IMG/VR virus record: IMGVR_UViG_3300043449_000492
Location: 1-64,000 of that record
Source: a virus
Strand: one strand, 5' to 3'
Length of the DNA: 64,000 nt
The position numbers were made by a program, and so were the translations under genes. Shown in pieces: positions 1 through 7,265 of this stretch. Position 1 is the stretch's first letter; each line of letters begins with the position of its first letter. The notes beneath the pieces are model-generated. The model saw only the letters and a program-made list of their open reading frames with translations, ran no database searches and was not told where the DNA came from.

Positions 1-141
1 CACTATGGTAATTACCAAAAGTGGAATGGGTTCATGTTTAACGAGCATCTTGTAGGTTACAAGGATCTACCCTGGGAGCAAGAGGCTCATAAGCTTGAAC
101 TAGAACTATATCAAATGTGGAAAGACAGGAGACAATCGTGA
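1..141 (+). CDS. C-terminal fragment of a putative zincin-type metallopeptidase (5' end outside window)
   Basis: Frame 1 reads ...GYKDLPWEQEAHKLE...RRQS*; YxxxPWExEA motif typical of phage HExxH peptidases; stop overlaps next GTG (GTGA). Confidence 0.55.
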   Translation, partial: HYGNYQKWNGFMFNEHLVGYKDLPWEQEAHKLELELYQMWKDRRQS

Positions 142-1241
142 AGAAGCCTACATCAGTTCGTCGTCCAAAATTCACTGATGAAAAGTATCTCGGTTCCGAA
201 CCGACCGTAACAGCAATGTCTACCGATTCAGATATGGGCAAAGCTTATAATTGGTTCAACTATTTCTATAACAGCGAAGACGCTAAGGGCTTCGTTATCA
301 CCTACCTAAAGTCGATCAAGTATGACAAAGAAATCATTAAGAAGCTGGCGAAAGCGAAAGCGATTGAACTTCACTCTGCGGGTTGGAACTGCCGTCTTCT
401 CTCACAAGGCTCAACCCTTCCAGACGAGGTCTGGGAGAAAACGGAGCAACGCATCCTCGAAGCGACTAAGAATATCCTCTGTGAGGAGACGGAGCTGGAA
501 CCGATATCTCCAGTCCGAGTTGTATCAATTGCTGAACGAGTAAATAACAAGGCGTCCGAACTCATCGGAGAGCTAGAAGAACAGCTAGACGTTTTCTTCA
601 AGGAAGGAGTAGTGCAGTTTGACGTTAAGAAGTGGTCCCTTGAGAAGGGAATTAAACCGCAAATTGCGAAGAGGATTGCAGACAAATTCCGTCCTCAATT
701 TAACGAAATCACCGAAGCCCTTGAAGGCAAAGACAAAGAGTTGGTCGAAGCATATAAGGGATGGCGTAAGCCAGTTCTTAAAATCATGGCGATTTTTCTA
801 AAGCGTATCATCGACCATATGGTTGAACTGGATTCTGCTGGTCAGGCTATTCGTAAGCCACGCAAGAAGAAGGCTAAGCCAGCTTCGGTACTTATCGCCA
901 AGCTTAAATATAAGGAGACTGATGGTGACCTCAAGTCAGTTAATCCCTGCGAGATTATCGGTGCTTCGCAGCTTTGGATTTACAATTCTAAAACTCGTAA
1001 TCTTTCTGTCTATAATGCCGTGGGTAATTCGGGCCTTTCGGTCAGAGGGACTACGATTACAGGATTTGATGCAGAGTCTTCGATCACAAAGAAACTCCGT
1101 AAGCCAGAAGCGGTAATCAAGCCGCTTCTCGAAGGTGGCAAGATTTATCTGCGTAAGGTTATGGACAATATCTCGACCAAAGAAGCTGCGGCTAATGGTC
1201 GTGTCAATGAAGATTGTATTCTACTGAGAGTGGTAAAATAA
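138..1241 (+). CDS. conserved T4-like phage hypothetical protein
   Basis: Long ORF; GTG at 138 preceded by AGGAG; C-terminal KKLRKPE...NGRVNEDCILLRV block resembles a conserved T4-superfamily protein. Confidence 0.75.
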   Translation: MKKPTSVRRPKFTDEKYLGSEPTVTAMSTDSDMGKAYNWFNYFYNSEDAKGFVITYLKSIKYDKEIIKKLAKAKAIELHSAGWNCRLLSQGSTLPDEVWEKTEQRILEATKNILCEETELEPISPVRVVSIAERVNNKASELIGELEEQLDVFFKEGVVQFDVKKWSLEKGIKPQIAKRIADKFRPQFNEITEALEGKDKELVEAYKGWRKPVLKIMAIFLKRIIDHMVELDSAGQAIRKPRKKKAKPASVLIAKLKYKETDGDLKSVNPCEIIGASQLWIYNSKTRNLSVYNAVGNSGLSVRGTTITGFDAESSITKKLRKPEAVIKPLLEGGKIYLRKVMDNISTKEAAANGRVNEDCILLRVVK

Positions 1242-1352
1242 ATGCACAGTGTAATCTTCGCCATCATACATATAGCTATCGTGCTGGCGACAATCCTACT
1301 TGGAGTGTCGTTGGTCGTGCTGTTCAAATCAATAACAAAAGGTGAAAAATGA
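1242..1352 (+). CDS. small membrane protein (36 aa)
   Basis: ATG right after previous stop; single hydrophobic stretch; ATGA overlap with next ORF. Confidence 0.5.
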   Translation: MHSVIFAIIHIAIVLATILLGVSLVVLFKSITKGEK

Positions 1353-1750
1353 CCGAGAAAGTAATTGAGTTTCCCAAGAGCAAGGTAGTTCGTGAAGTAC
1401 CTGCCGAAGTCCATGAAGAACGAAACAAACGAGCCGATCTTAAAATGGCAGACTCAATTGTGGATGAAATCACGGGTCTTATCATCACAGAACTAGATAA
1501 CTATTATGTTGAGGTAGAGAATAAGCAATTCGCTAAGGACATGATTCTAGTGGCAGATGCTCTCAAGGCCTGTGTCTATCGCTCGTTTGGTATCGACCAT
1601 CATCTGCATGACTTCATCGATAACAATGTAAAGATTATCGAAGGCGATTTAAATTCTATGTCTAAGGAAGAGATTAAGGAAAAGATTGAGAAGATTATGG
1701 ACGAGCTAACCGAAGCGAAGGAAAAGATTGACAGCGACGACGAGGAGTGA
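1349..1750 (+). CDS. hypothetical protein
   Basis: ORF with AAAGG SD, N-terminal KVIEFP motif, acidic tail. Confidence 0.75.
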   Translation: MTEKVIEFPKSKVVREVPAEVHEERNKRADLKMADSIVDEITGLIITELDNYYVEVENKQFAKDMILVADALKACVYRSFGIDHHLHDFIDNNVKIIEGDLNSMSKEEIKEKIEKIMDELTEAKEKIDSDDEE

Positions 1751-1756
1751 TAGAAT
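1728..1756 (+). promoter_or_regulatory. sigma70-type promoter upstream of rnh
   Basis: TTGACA(1728)-17 bp-TAGAAT(1751). Confidence 0.65.
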
Positions 1757-1782
1757 ATATACTCGCTCAATAAGGAAACATT

Positions 1783-2643
1783 ATGTCTTACATGCTTATC
1801 GACCTTAATCAGGTTCTAATCTCTAATCTAATGCAACACCTAAAGTTCGTGAGTAAGACCCACGAAATGGACGAGAACCTTATTCGTCATATGTGCATCA
1901 ACACCATTCGTTCTAACGTCAAGCAGTTTCGTTCAAAATATCCGAACGTCATTCTTTGCTGCGACTCCAAGCACTACTGGCGTCGTGACTACTTTCCGTT
2001 CTATAAGTCTCAGCGTAAGCATGATCGTGAAGCATCAGGCCTTGATTGGGGTTTGATCTTTGACGTTCTCAATCGTCTGCGTGACGAACTGCGTGATTAC
2101 TTTCCCTACAAGACTTTGAATGTTGAGGGTGCAGAGGCTGACGATGTGATTGCGGTTCTTACTGCTCGCTTGGCTCCGCATGGTGGTGTTCTTATTCTGT
2201 CGTCCGATAAAGACTTCGGTCAGCTACAGAAATATCCTAACGTCAAGCAGTATTCGCCCATTCTAAAGCGTTTCATCCAGATCGATGATCCGAAGCGTTT
2301 CGTGCGTGAGCATATTCTTAAGGGTGATCGTGGTGACGGCATTCCGAACTTTCTATCGCCTGACAACACCTTTGCTGCTGGTGAAAGGCAGAAGCCGATA
2401 AATAGCAAGAAACTTAATGAGTGGGTTACGCAAGATCATAACACGTTCTGCAATACAGATATGATGCTTCGTAACTATCTTCGGAATCAGACACTCGTTG
2501 ACTTTGACTATATACCCGAGGAGCTGCAGACTAAGATTGTAGAAGCTTTCGACAACTCAAAGCCTGCGACCAAAGAGAAGATGCTAAACTATTTCATTGA
2601 AAAGGGACTCAAGGTTATGATCGAGTCCATTTCAGACTTTTAA
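1783..2643 (+). CDS. rnh: T4-type RNase H (5'-3' exonuclease)
   Basis: LIDLNQ, YWRRDYFPFYK, EADDVIA, SSDKDF, GDRGDGIPN motifs. Confidence 0.95.
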   Translation: MSYMLIDLNQVLISNLMQHLKFVSKTHEMDENLIRHMCINTIRSNVKQFRSKYPNVILCCDSKHYWRRDYFPFYKSQRKHDREASGLDWGLIFDVLNRLRDELRDYFPYKTLNVEGAEADDVIAVLTARLAPHGGVLILSSDKDFGQLQKYPNVKQYSPILKRFIQIDDPKRFVREHILKGDRGDGIPNFLSPDNTFAAGERQKPINSKKLNEWVTQDHNTFCNTDMMLRNYLRNQTLVDFDYIPEELQTKIVEAFDNSKPATKEKMLNYFIEKGLKVMIESISDF

Positions 2644-2652
2644 GGAAAAACT

Positions 2653-3093
2653 ATGTCAATAAAGAATGTGTATGAAGTGCTAAATGACTTCAAGGCTGCT
2701 ACAACAAAGGCAGATAGACTTGATGTGCTAAAGCGAAATGACACCTTTGCTCTCCGAAGCATTCTACAGGGTACATTCGCTCCGAACATCAAGTTTAGAA
2801 TGAAAGATGTTCCTGAATGGAAAAGAGTTGAGGTTCCGCCAGGTCTATCTTACTCTCATATGACAGAGGCTCTTTCCCGTGCATATCTTTTTGTTGAGGG
2901 TCATCCTCGTCGTCCCGAAGGTCTAACAGATAAAAGAGAGACAGAGCTGCTAATTCAATTACTCGAATCTCTTGAACCTCAAGAGGCAGAAATTTACGCT
3001 GGCATGATTAGAAAGGATCTTAAGGTTCCATATCTTACAGCAAAGTTAGTCAATGAAGCTTTTCCTGGTCTAGTGCCAGATATTACGGAGTAA
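2653..3093 (+). CDS. conserved T4-like hypothetical protein
   Basis: KRETELLIQLLESL...EA...EAFPGL pattern, typically adjacent to rnh in T4-like phages. Confidence 0.75.
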   Translation: MSIKNVYEVLNDFKAATTKADRLDVLKRNDTFALRSILQGTFAPNIKFRMKDVPEWKRVEVPPGLSYSHMTEALSRAYLFVEGHPRRPEGLTDKRETELLIQLLESLEPQEAEIYAGMIRKDLKVPYLTAKLVNEAFPGLVPDITE

Positions 3094-3109
3094 CATAAGG
3101 TAGTTGAGC

Positions 3110-3313
3110 ATGACCACAAAGAACAAGTCAATTCCTCACAAGATGGATCCTCTCTATGCCGAGCTATATGAAGAGGATAAGAAGTATGGTGGTAAGAGAC
3201 TAGAGAGACCGCAAACTGACATTAGCAAGAAGCGGCCTCTCAAGAATCTAAAAAAAGCGTGGATGGAACACGTTGAGGACTTTGATGAAGTGGATGACTT
3301 TTATGAGCATTAA
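3110..3313 (+). CDS. hypothetical protein
   Basis: ORF, acidic C-terminus. Confidence 0.6.
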   Translation: MTTKNKSIPHKMDPLYAELYEEDKKYGGKRLERPQTDISKKRPLKNLKKAWMEHVEDFDEVDDFYEH

Positions 3314-3336
3314 TTGACGGTTTAACAACCACTTTA

Positions 3337-3380
3337 AAATCAATGACTTAGGAAAAACCCTAGTTAAATCAACTACTTAG
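3337..3380. repeat. two imperfect direct repeats AAATCAA(TG/CT)ACTTAG
   Basis: 3337-3351 and 3366-3380. Confidence 0.7.
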
Positions 3381-3382
3381 AG

Positions 3383-3409
3383 GGTGCGACAGCTTGTCGC
3401 ACCTTTTTT
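3383..3409 (+). terminator. palindrome / intrinsic terminator (early promoter module copy 1)
   Basis: GGTGCGACA-GCT-TGTCGCACC followed by T6. Confidence 0.8.
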
Positions 3410-3411
3410 CC

Positions 3412-3440
3412 TTGACTATTCCTCAAAAAGGGTATAGGAT
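3412..3440 (+). promoter_or_regulatory. early sigma70 promoter
   Basis: TTGACT-17-TAGGAT; ATG 7 nt after -10 (leaderless). Confidence 0.75.
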
Positions 3441-3446
3441 AAGCGT

Positions 3447-3764
3447 ATGTTGAAAAGAAAAACCCGCTCCGATCGCAACCATCTTATCTATAGTCTAGCT
3501 ATAGGTAAGCGTGAATATATTGGCGTCACCGTCGTCAATGGTCGTTCCCCGACCAAATCGCTTAAACGTCGCTGGCAAAAGCATGTCCAACGTGCCCTGG
3601 CCGAAGACAAGGGCTGGAAATTGTCGCTTGCTATTCGTAAGTATGGTGCCGATGCTTTTACGGTCGAGGTCATTCAAATCGTGCGTGGCAAGTCAAATGC
3701 TCATAATGTCGAGCGTGACTTGATCCGTATTCGCAAACCCAAACTCAACACCGACATTCGCTAA
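3447..3764 (+). CDS. small GIY-YIG domain protein
   Basis: HLIY...EYIGVT, RRWQKH, AIRKYG, conserved E and LN. Confidence 0.7.
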   Translation: MLKRKTRSDRNHLIYSLAIGKREYIGVTVVNGRSPTKSLKRRWQKHVQRALAEDKGWKLSLAIRKYGADAFTVEVIQIVRGKSNAHNVERDLIRIRKPKLNTDIR

Positions 3765-3779
3765 TCGAAAGGATCTAAA

Positions 3780-3992
3780 ATGAACGCTCGTTTTGTCAAT
3801 AAGGGTAAACTCAAGGCTGATCTTGCCACCCCGAATGCTCTCGTTAACTATTTCGAGGATGGTGGCACCATTACGGTGTGCAAGCCGGGCCGTCGTTCTA
3901 AGGCGAATACCTCTTTTCCGCAGGTTCACGGTACCGTTGCTAATGTCGGTGCCAAGAAAACCAATCTTCGTTCTAAAGGTCTGAAAGGTTAA
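3780..3992 (+). CDS. hypothetical early protein
   Basis: AAAGGA SD; YFEDGGTITVCK motif common in small phage proteins. Confidence 0.7.
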   Translation: MNARFVNKGKLKADLATPNALVNYFEDGGTITVCKPGRRSKANTSFPQVHGTVANVGAKKTNLRSKGLKG

Positions 3993-3995
3993 TTC

Positions 3996-4427
3996 ATGAA
4001 ACTGGACTACTGTGAAGCTATCGCCCGTCTCGAGGCTCTTCCGTTCGATTGTCTTGCGGAATGGTGCTATGACTCCTATAAGGATTTCTATGGCATCAAG
4101 GGTCGTCACATGAGAGGTCAGGGTTGGACCAAACTCGACTATCTCGATTGGATCAAATGTCACTTTCTCTGGGACTATGATGCTCAGGGTTGGCGCAGGC
4201 GTTCTTCGTTGAGGATTGATATGGAAGTCTATATGGTTTCGCACGAAATCGCCTATGAAGGATCATCGGTAGTTGGTATCTTCTCCGACTATGAGAAGGC
4301 CCGCTCTTTCCAGTTAGAGTATGACGCCAAGGAAATCGATTCGAAGTATGAAGGCACGGAGATCCGCAAGGTTGAGGTCGATAAGATATATGAACGTGCG
4401 TTCTTTGGAATAGGAGAGGAAGTTTAA
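3996..4427 (+). CDS. hypothetical early protein (possibly two fused modules; internal start at 4221)
   Basis: N-half has YDSYKDFYGIKGR motif; in-frame ATG at 4221 with GAGG SD starts a VYMV...GIFSDYEKA module. Confidence 0.7.
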   Translation: MKLDYCEAIARLEALPFDCLAEWCYDSYKDFYGIKGRHMRGQGWTKLDYLDWIKCHFLWDYDAQGWRRRSSLRIDMEVYMVSHEIAYEGSSVVGIFSDYEKARSFQLEYDAKEIDSKYEGTEIRKVEVDKIYERAFFGIGEEV

Positions 4428-4585
4428 TGTTTTCTCGTAAGGAACTTGAGATTATATCCGCAGCATTAGAAGACGCTATGGATAACACAAGTAGCAATGA
4501 AGCCTTTGAGGCTTATGAAATGCTATGGGAAAAAATTGAATCGGTGCTGTTTGAAATTGAACAGAAGAGGAAAAAGAATGATTGA
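4427..4585 (+). CDS. hypothetical small protein (52 aa)
   Basis: TAATG overlap; MFSRKELEIISAALEDAM... Confidence 0.55.
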   Translation: MFSRKELEIISAALEDAMDNTSSNEAFEAYEMLWEKIESVLFEIEQKRKKND

Positions 4586-4858
4586 CGAAACCAAGTTTGT
4601 GCAGATGGTCGCCGTTGCCGTCGTGAGTGTCGGGCTTACCGTCGGTGTTCTGTTAATCGCTTATCTCGATGGAGGTGGTCAGTGACAGAAGTGAAAGTCC
4701 TCATATACAATGGCAAAGGGAATAGATCGCATTTTCTCTATGGTGAGGTTGTGGATGCTAAAACAGACAATCTTATGATTTGTGCATCTGCAAAATATGT
4801 GACTGATGCTATCAAAGAGCATGGATATAAGATTGTCGAACTGGTGGTGGAGAAATAA

Positions 4859-5050
4859 ATGAGAGTTGAGACTTGGTATCTACACATTAATCTGGCTGAT
4901 GGTCGCAAGCTTCGTTTCGACAATCTGTCTCGGGTCGCTTTCAAGCGATATCTTTATTGGTATGACATTTTTATGGACGAGCGGAATGCGACGTATCAAT
5001 ACGGTCCGAATGAGCTAAAGCGTAGCAATAACTGGTTAGCTGGGACTTAG
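4859..5050 (+). CDS. hypothetical protein
   Basis: GGAG SD, ORF. Confidence 0.6.
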   Translation: MRVETWYLHINLADGRKLRFDNLSRVAFKRYLYWYDIFMDERNATYQYGPNELKRSNNWLAGT

Positions 5051-5146
5051 CTATAAGTCTTATAGTCAAGCTTGAGCTAATAGCTAGGGCTTTGCTATAA
5101 CGAGCGCCGTAGAGCCGGTCGAATCATTTTAAGCGGGGTATGTAGC

Positions 5147-5278
5147 ATGACGAAACAAAAGCGCCCCAGCGGCGCTTATAATCCGGTTGCTTTCGCTCTC
5201 AAAAGCGGGCGCTTCAAGCAACGAATAGTCAAGTCTAAGCTTAAGTATAACCGTAAGCTTAAGCATAAGGGGGTGTGA
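5147..5278 (+). CDS. ArfA-like basic microprotein (43 aa), putative ribosome rescue factor
   Basis: MTKQKRPSGAYNPVAFALKSGRFKQRIVKSKLKYNRKLKHKGV*; GGGG SD; resembles ArfA core N-x-I/V...F(R/K)QR(V/I)...Y-x-RK-x-KH. Confidence 0.6.
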   Translation: MTKQKRPSGAYNPVAFALKSGRFKQRIVKSKLKYNRKLKHKGV

Positions 5279-5299
5279 CAGCTTGTCGCACCCTTTTTT
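5271..5299 (+). terminator. palindrome / intrinsic terminator (module copy 2)
   Basis: GGGTGTGACA-GCT-TGTCGCACCC-T6. Confidence 0.8.
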
Positions 5300-5311
5300 C
5301 CGTTTTAGCCC

Positions 5312-5340
5312 TTTACATTGAACTTTTCCTGTGTTAGGAT
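5312..5340 (+). promoter_or_regulatory. early sigma70 promoter
   Basis: TTTACA-17-TAGGAT. Confidence 0.7.
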
Positions 5341-5372
5341 GGCTTATAGTGAAAAAGAGGAAAGGAATTTCT

Positions 5373-5492
5373 ATGATTATGACCGCTTCCGAATCCGACC
5401 ACGGCTTCGTCGTTCTCTATGTCGTCGTTGCCGACGATCATGTCGCTTCTAACTCTTGCAGCGTCTGGATCGTTCCCGGTACCATTCGCTAA
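5373..5492 (+). CDS. microprotein (39 aa) ending WIVPGTIR
   Basis: AAAGGA SD, first ORF after promoter. Confidence 0.55.
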   Translation: MIMTASESDHGFVVLYVVVADDHVASNSCSVWIVPGTIR

Positions 5493-5543
5493 TCTCCCCA
5501 ATCGCCAAGTCAACTGAACAATCAAAAGAAAGTGAGATATAAA

Positions 5544-6236
5544 ATGGCTATCGTTCATTACACCTCGGAATCCACCTTCGCCGTTTCGGGCAAGTATGAG
5601 TATGTCAACGTCATCAAGGAGTTTGCCGCTGGTTGCGTTATCAAGACTGGTTATCGTGACATTCGCATTATGAGTGACGTTTGGAGTAATGAGTTTTACG
5701 TCCAGTATTGGGACGAGAAGACCCAGTCGATTAAGGATATCGGTCTTTATTGCGGTGAGAACGGTGAGTGGGAACGCATGTCCCACGCCGAGGTCGATGC
5801 CACCGAAGAGACGTGGCAGGCCGTCGAGAACTTCTATTATATGCAAGAGGCTAAATCCCTCATTGCTTCCGCTAATCGTGAAGCGGCCAAGATCGTCAAG
5901 GGCTCGTCGGTTAAGGTGACTAGTGGTCGCTTTAACAAGGGTGCTGAGGGTAAGGTCATCGTCGTGATGGAAAAGTATTACGGCATGGGCTATCGTGGCT
6001 CGCTTGAGAACAAGCTGGGCATCGCCACTTCCGACGTTATGGTCGATAAGATGGTGCGTGGTCGCATTTACAAAAATCACCGTGACGTTGTTTGGGCCTG
6101 GGCTCGCAACTGTGAACTGACCGAAGTGCCTGAGGTCAACGAAACCGAGTGCTGCATCGAGGCCCTGAAAAGGGCGAAATACAAAGTTGGTACCATGCGT
6201 GGTACGATCAAGCCCCGTTACGGCTGGGCTGCTTAA
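5544..6236 (+). CDS. hypothetical early protein with KOW/SH3-like motif
   Basis: IVKGSSVKVTSGRFNKGAEGKVI motif; ATG 5544 after GAG. Confidence 0.7.
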   Translation: MAIVHYTSESTFAVSGKYEYVNVIKEFAAGCVIKTGYRDIRIMSDVWSNEFYVQYWDEKTQSIKDIGLYCGENGEWERMSHAEVDATEETWQAVENFYYMQEAKSLIASANREAAKIVKGSSVKVTSGRFNKGAEGKVIVVMEKYYGMGYRGSLENKLGIATSDVMVDKMVRGRIYKNHRDVVWAWARNCELTEVPEVNETECCIEALKRAKYKVGTMRGTIKPRYGWAA

Positions 6237-6247
6237 GGAGAAATCAA

Positions 6248-6376
6248 ATGGTAGTTTTCTATTCATACTGGTATGATAACTCTCGCCGCATTTCGTTCAT
6301 TCGCTATTGCAGTGAATGTATTTGCGACGTGGCTGATATCTCTTACTGGGCTGTTCCTGGAACTCTGGAGGACTAA
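6248..6376 (+). CDS. microprotein (42 aa) ending WAVPGTLED
   Basis: TAAGGAG SD. Confidence 0.6.
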   Translation: MVVFYSYWYDNSRRISFIRYCSECICDVADISYWAVPGTLED

Positions 6377-6378
6377 TC

Positions 6379-6585
6379 ATGAAAGTTTTTGCTGTCGTTG
6401 AACACGAGGTTTCCCCGCATGGCGAAGAATGGGGTGAGGGTCGCACTCTCAAACTGTTTATGTCCGAGGAGAAAGCCAAGGAATATAAAAAGCAGGTCAA
6501 GCGTGACCGTATCTTTGGTATCGGTGATGGTGGTGATTACCGTTCCGAAATCAAAGTGAAACAGAAGACAGTGGTGGAGGACTAA
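6379..6585 (+). CDS. hypothetical early protein (VFAV...LFMSEEKA family)
   Basis: GGAGG SD; paralogous motif. Confidence 0.7.
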   Translation: MKVFAVVEHEVSPHGEEWGEGRTLKLFMSEEKAKEYKKQVKRDRIFGIGDGGDYRSEIKVKQKTVVED

Positions 6586-6586
6586 A

Positions 6587-6829
6587 ATGGATATCAAGTT
6601 GAAGGTTATCGGTCCCAATCAGACCGAAATCCGTATGGGTGAGAAGGTGCTTTTCTTCTCATATAATACGTTGGTAGCGGTTCGTCCCGGTTTTGGCATC
6701 TGTTATCGGGCAATGCCCTCGACCGTTAAGAAGTGGTCGAAGACAACCGCAAAGCATGTTAATGGATGGTGCCATGATCGTGCCATCGAAATCCCGTATT
6801 CTCAACTGGTGGAGTTTGCAAATGGATAA
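6587..6829 (+). CDS. hypothetical early protein
   Basis: GGAGG SD; FFSYNTLVA...WSKTTAKHVNGW motif seen in phage small proteins. Confidence 0.7.
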   Translation: MDIKLKVIGPNQTEIRMGEKVLFFSYNTLVAVRPGFGICYRAMPSTVKKWSKTTAKHVNGWCHDRAIEIPYSQLVEFANG

Positions 6830-7091
6830 GTATGAAAATCTTCGTAACTGGAAACCCACTCAAGAGGATCTTACGATTAGATCATTGGACAACGTACCTA
6901 AGTGGAACAAAATCTGGACTGTCGAATATCACGATGACTGCGAGGGTTGGGAAATCCGTGGTCACTTTACAACCAAAGAGAAGGCCGAAGAGTATCTAGA
7001 GGTTCTCAAAAAGGAATGGGATGACGTTTACGATGAAACGTCGGAGTTCCGTATCGATTGGCATTACGTTGATCGTGGTTATTGGGAATAA
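6822..7091 (+). CDS. hypothetical early protein
   Basis: GGAG SD before ATG 6822; IWTV...GHFTTKEKAEEY. Confidence 0.65.
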   Translation: MDKYENLRNWKPTQEDLTIRSLDNVPKWNKIWTVEYHDDCEGWEIRGHFTTKEKAEEYLEVLKKEWDDVYDETSEFRIDWHYVDRGYWE

Positions 7092-7094
7092 TCC

Positions 7095-7158
7095 TATGCT
7101 TAAGCTTAAGCATATCGCTTATAGTCAAGCTAAAGCTAGATTCCTTATAGTCAAGCTT
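7095..7158. repeat. 20-bp perfect palindrome plus two CTTATAGTCAAGCT repeats
   Basis: TATGCTTAAGCTTAAGCATA 7095-7114; repeats 7118-7131 and 7144-7157; third copy at 5059-5072. Confidence 0.85.
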
Positions 7159-7172
7159 ACGCCGAGACGGAA

Positions 7173-7229
7173 TGTCGCACCCTAATACCCGATTTTTGCC
7201 TTGCAATTATACCCCAGCGGGTGTATAAT
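7173..7229 (+). promoter_or_regulatory. early sigma70 promoter with upstream TGTCGCACCC half-site (module copy 3)
   Basis: TGTCGCACCC 7173-7182; TTGCAA(7201)-17-TATAAT(7224). Confidence 0.8.
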
Positions 7230-7265
7230 GAAGCATAAGTCAAAAAAGCAACTCAAGAGGTCTAT

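Noticed and set aside
5334-6266. 310-aa minus-strand ORF (and 3693-4244, 7442-7948)
   Set aside because: Antisense to well-formed plus-strand genes with SDs; explained by codon bias
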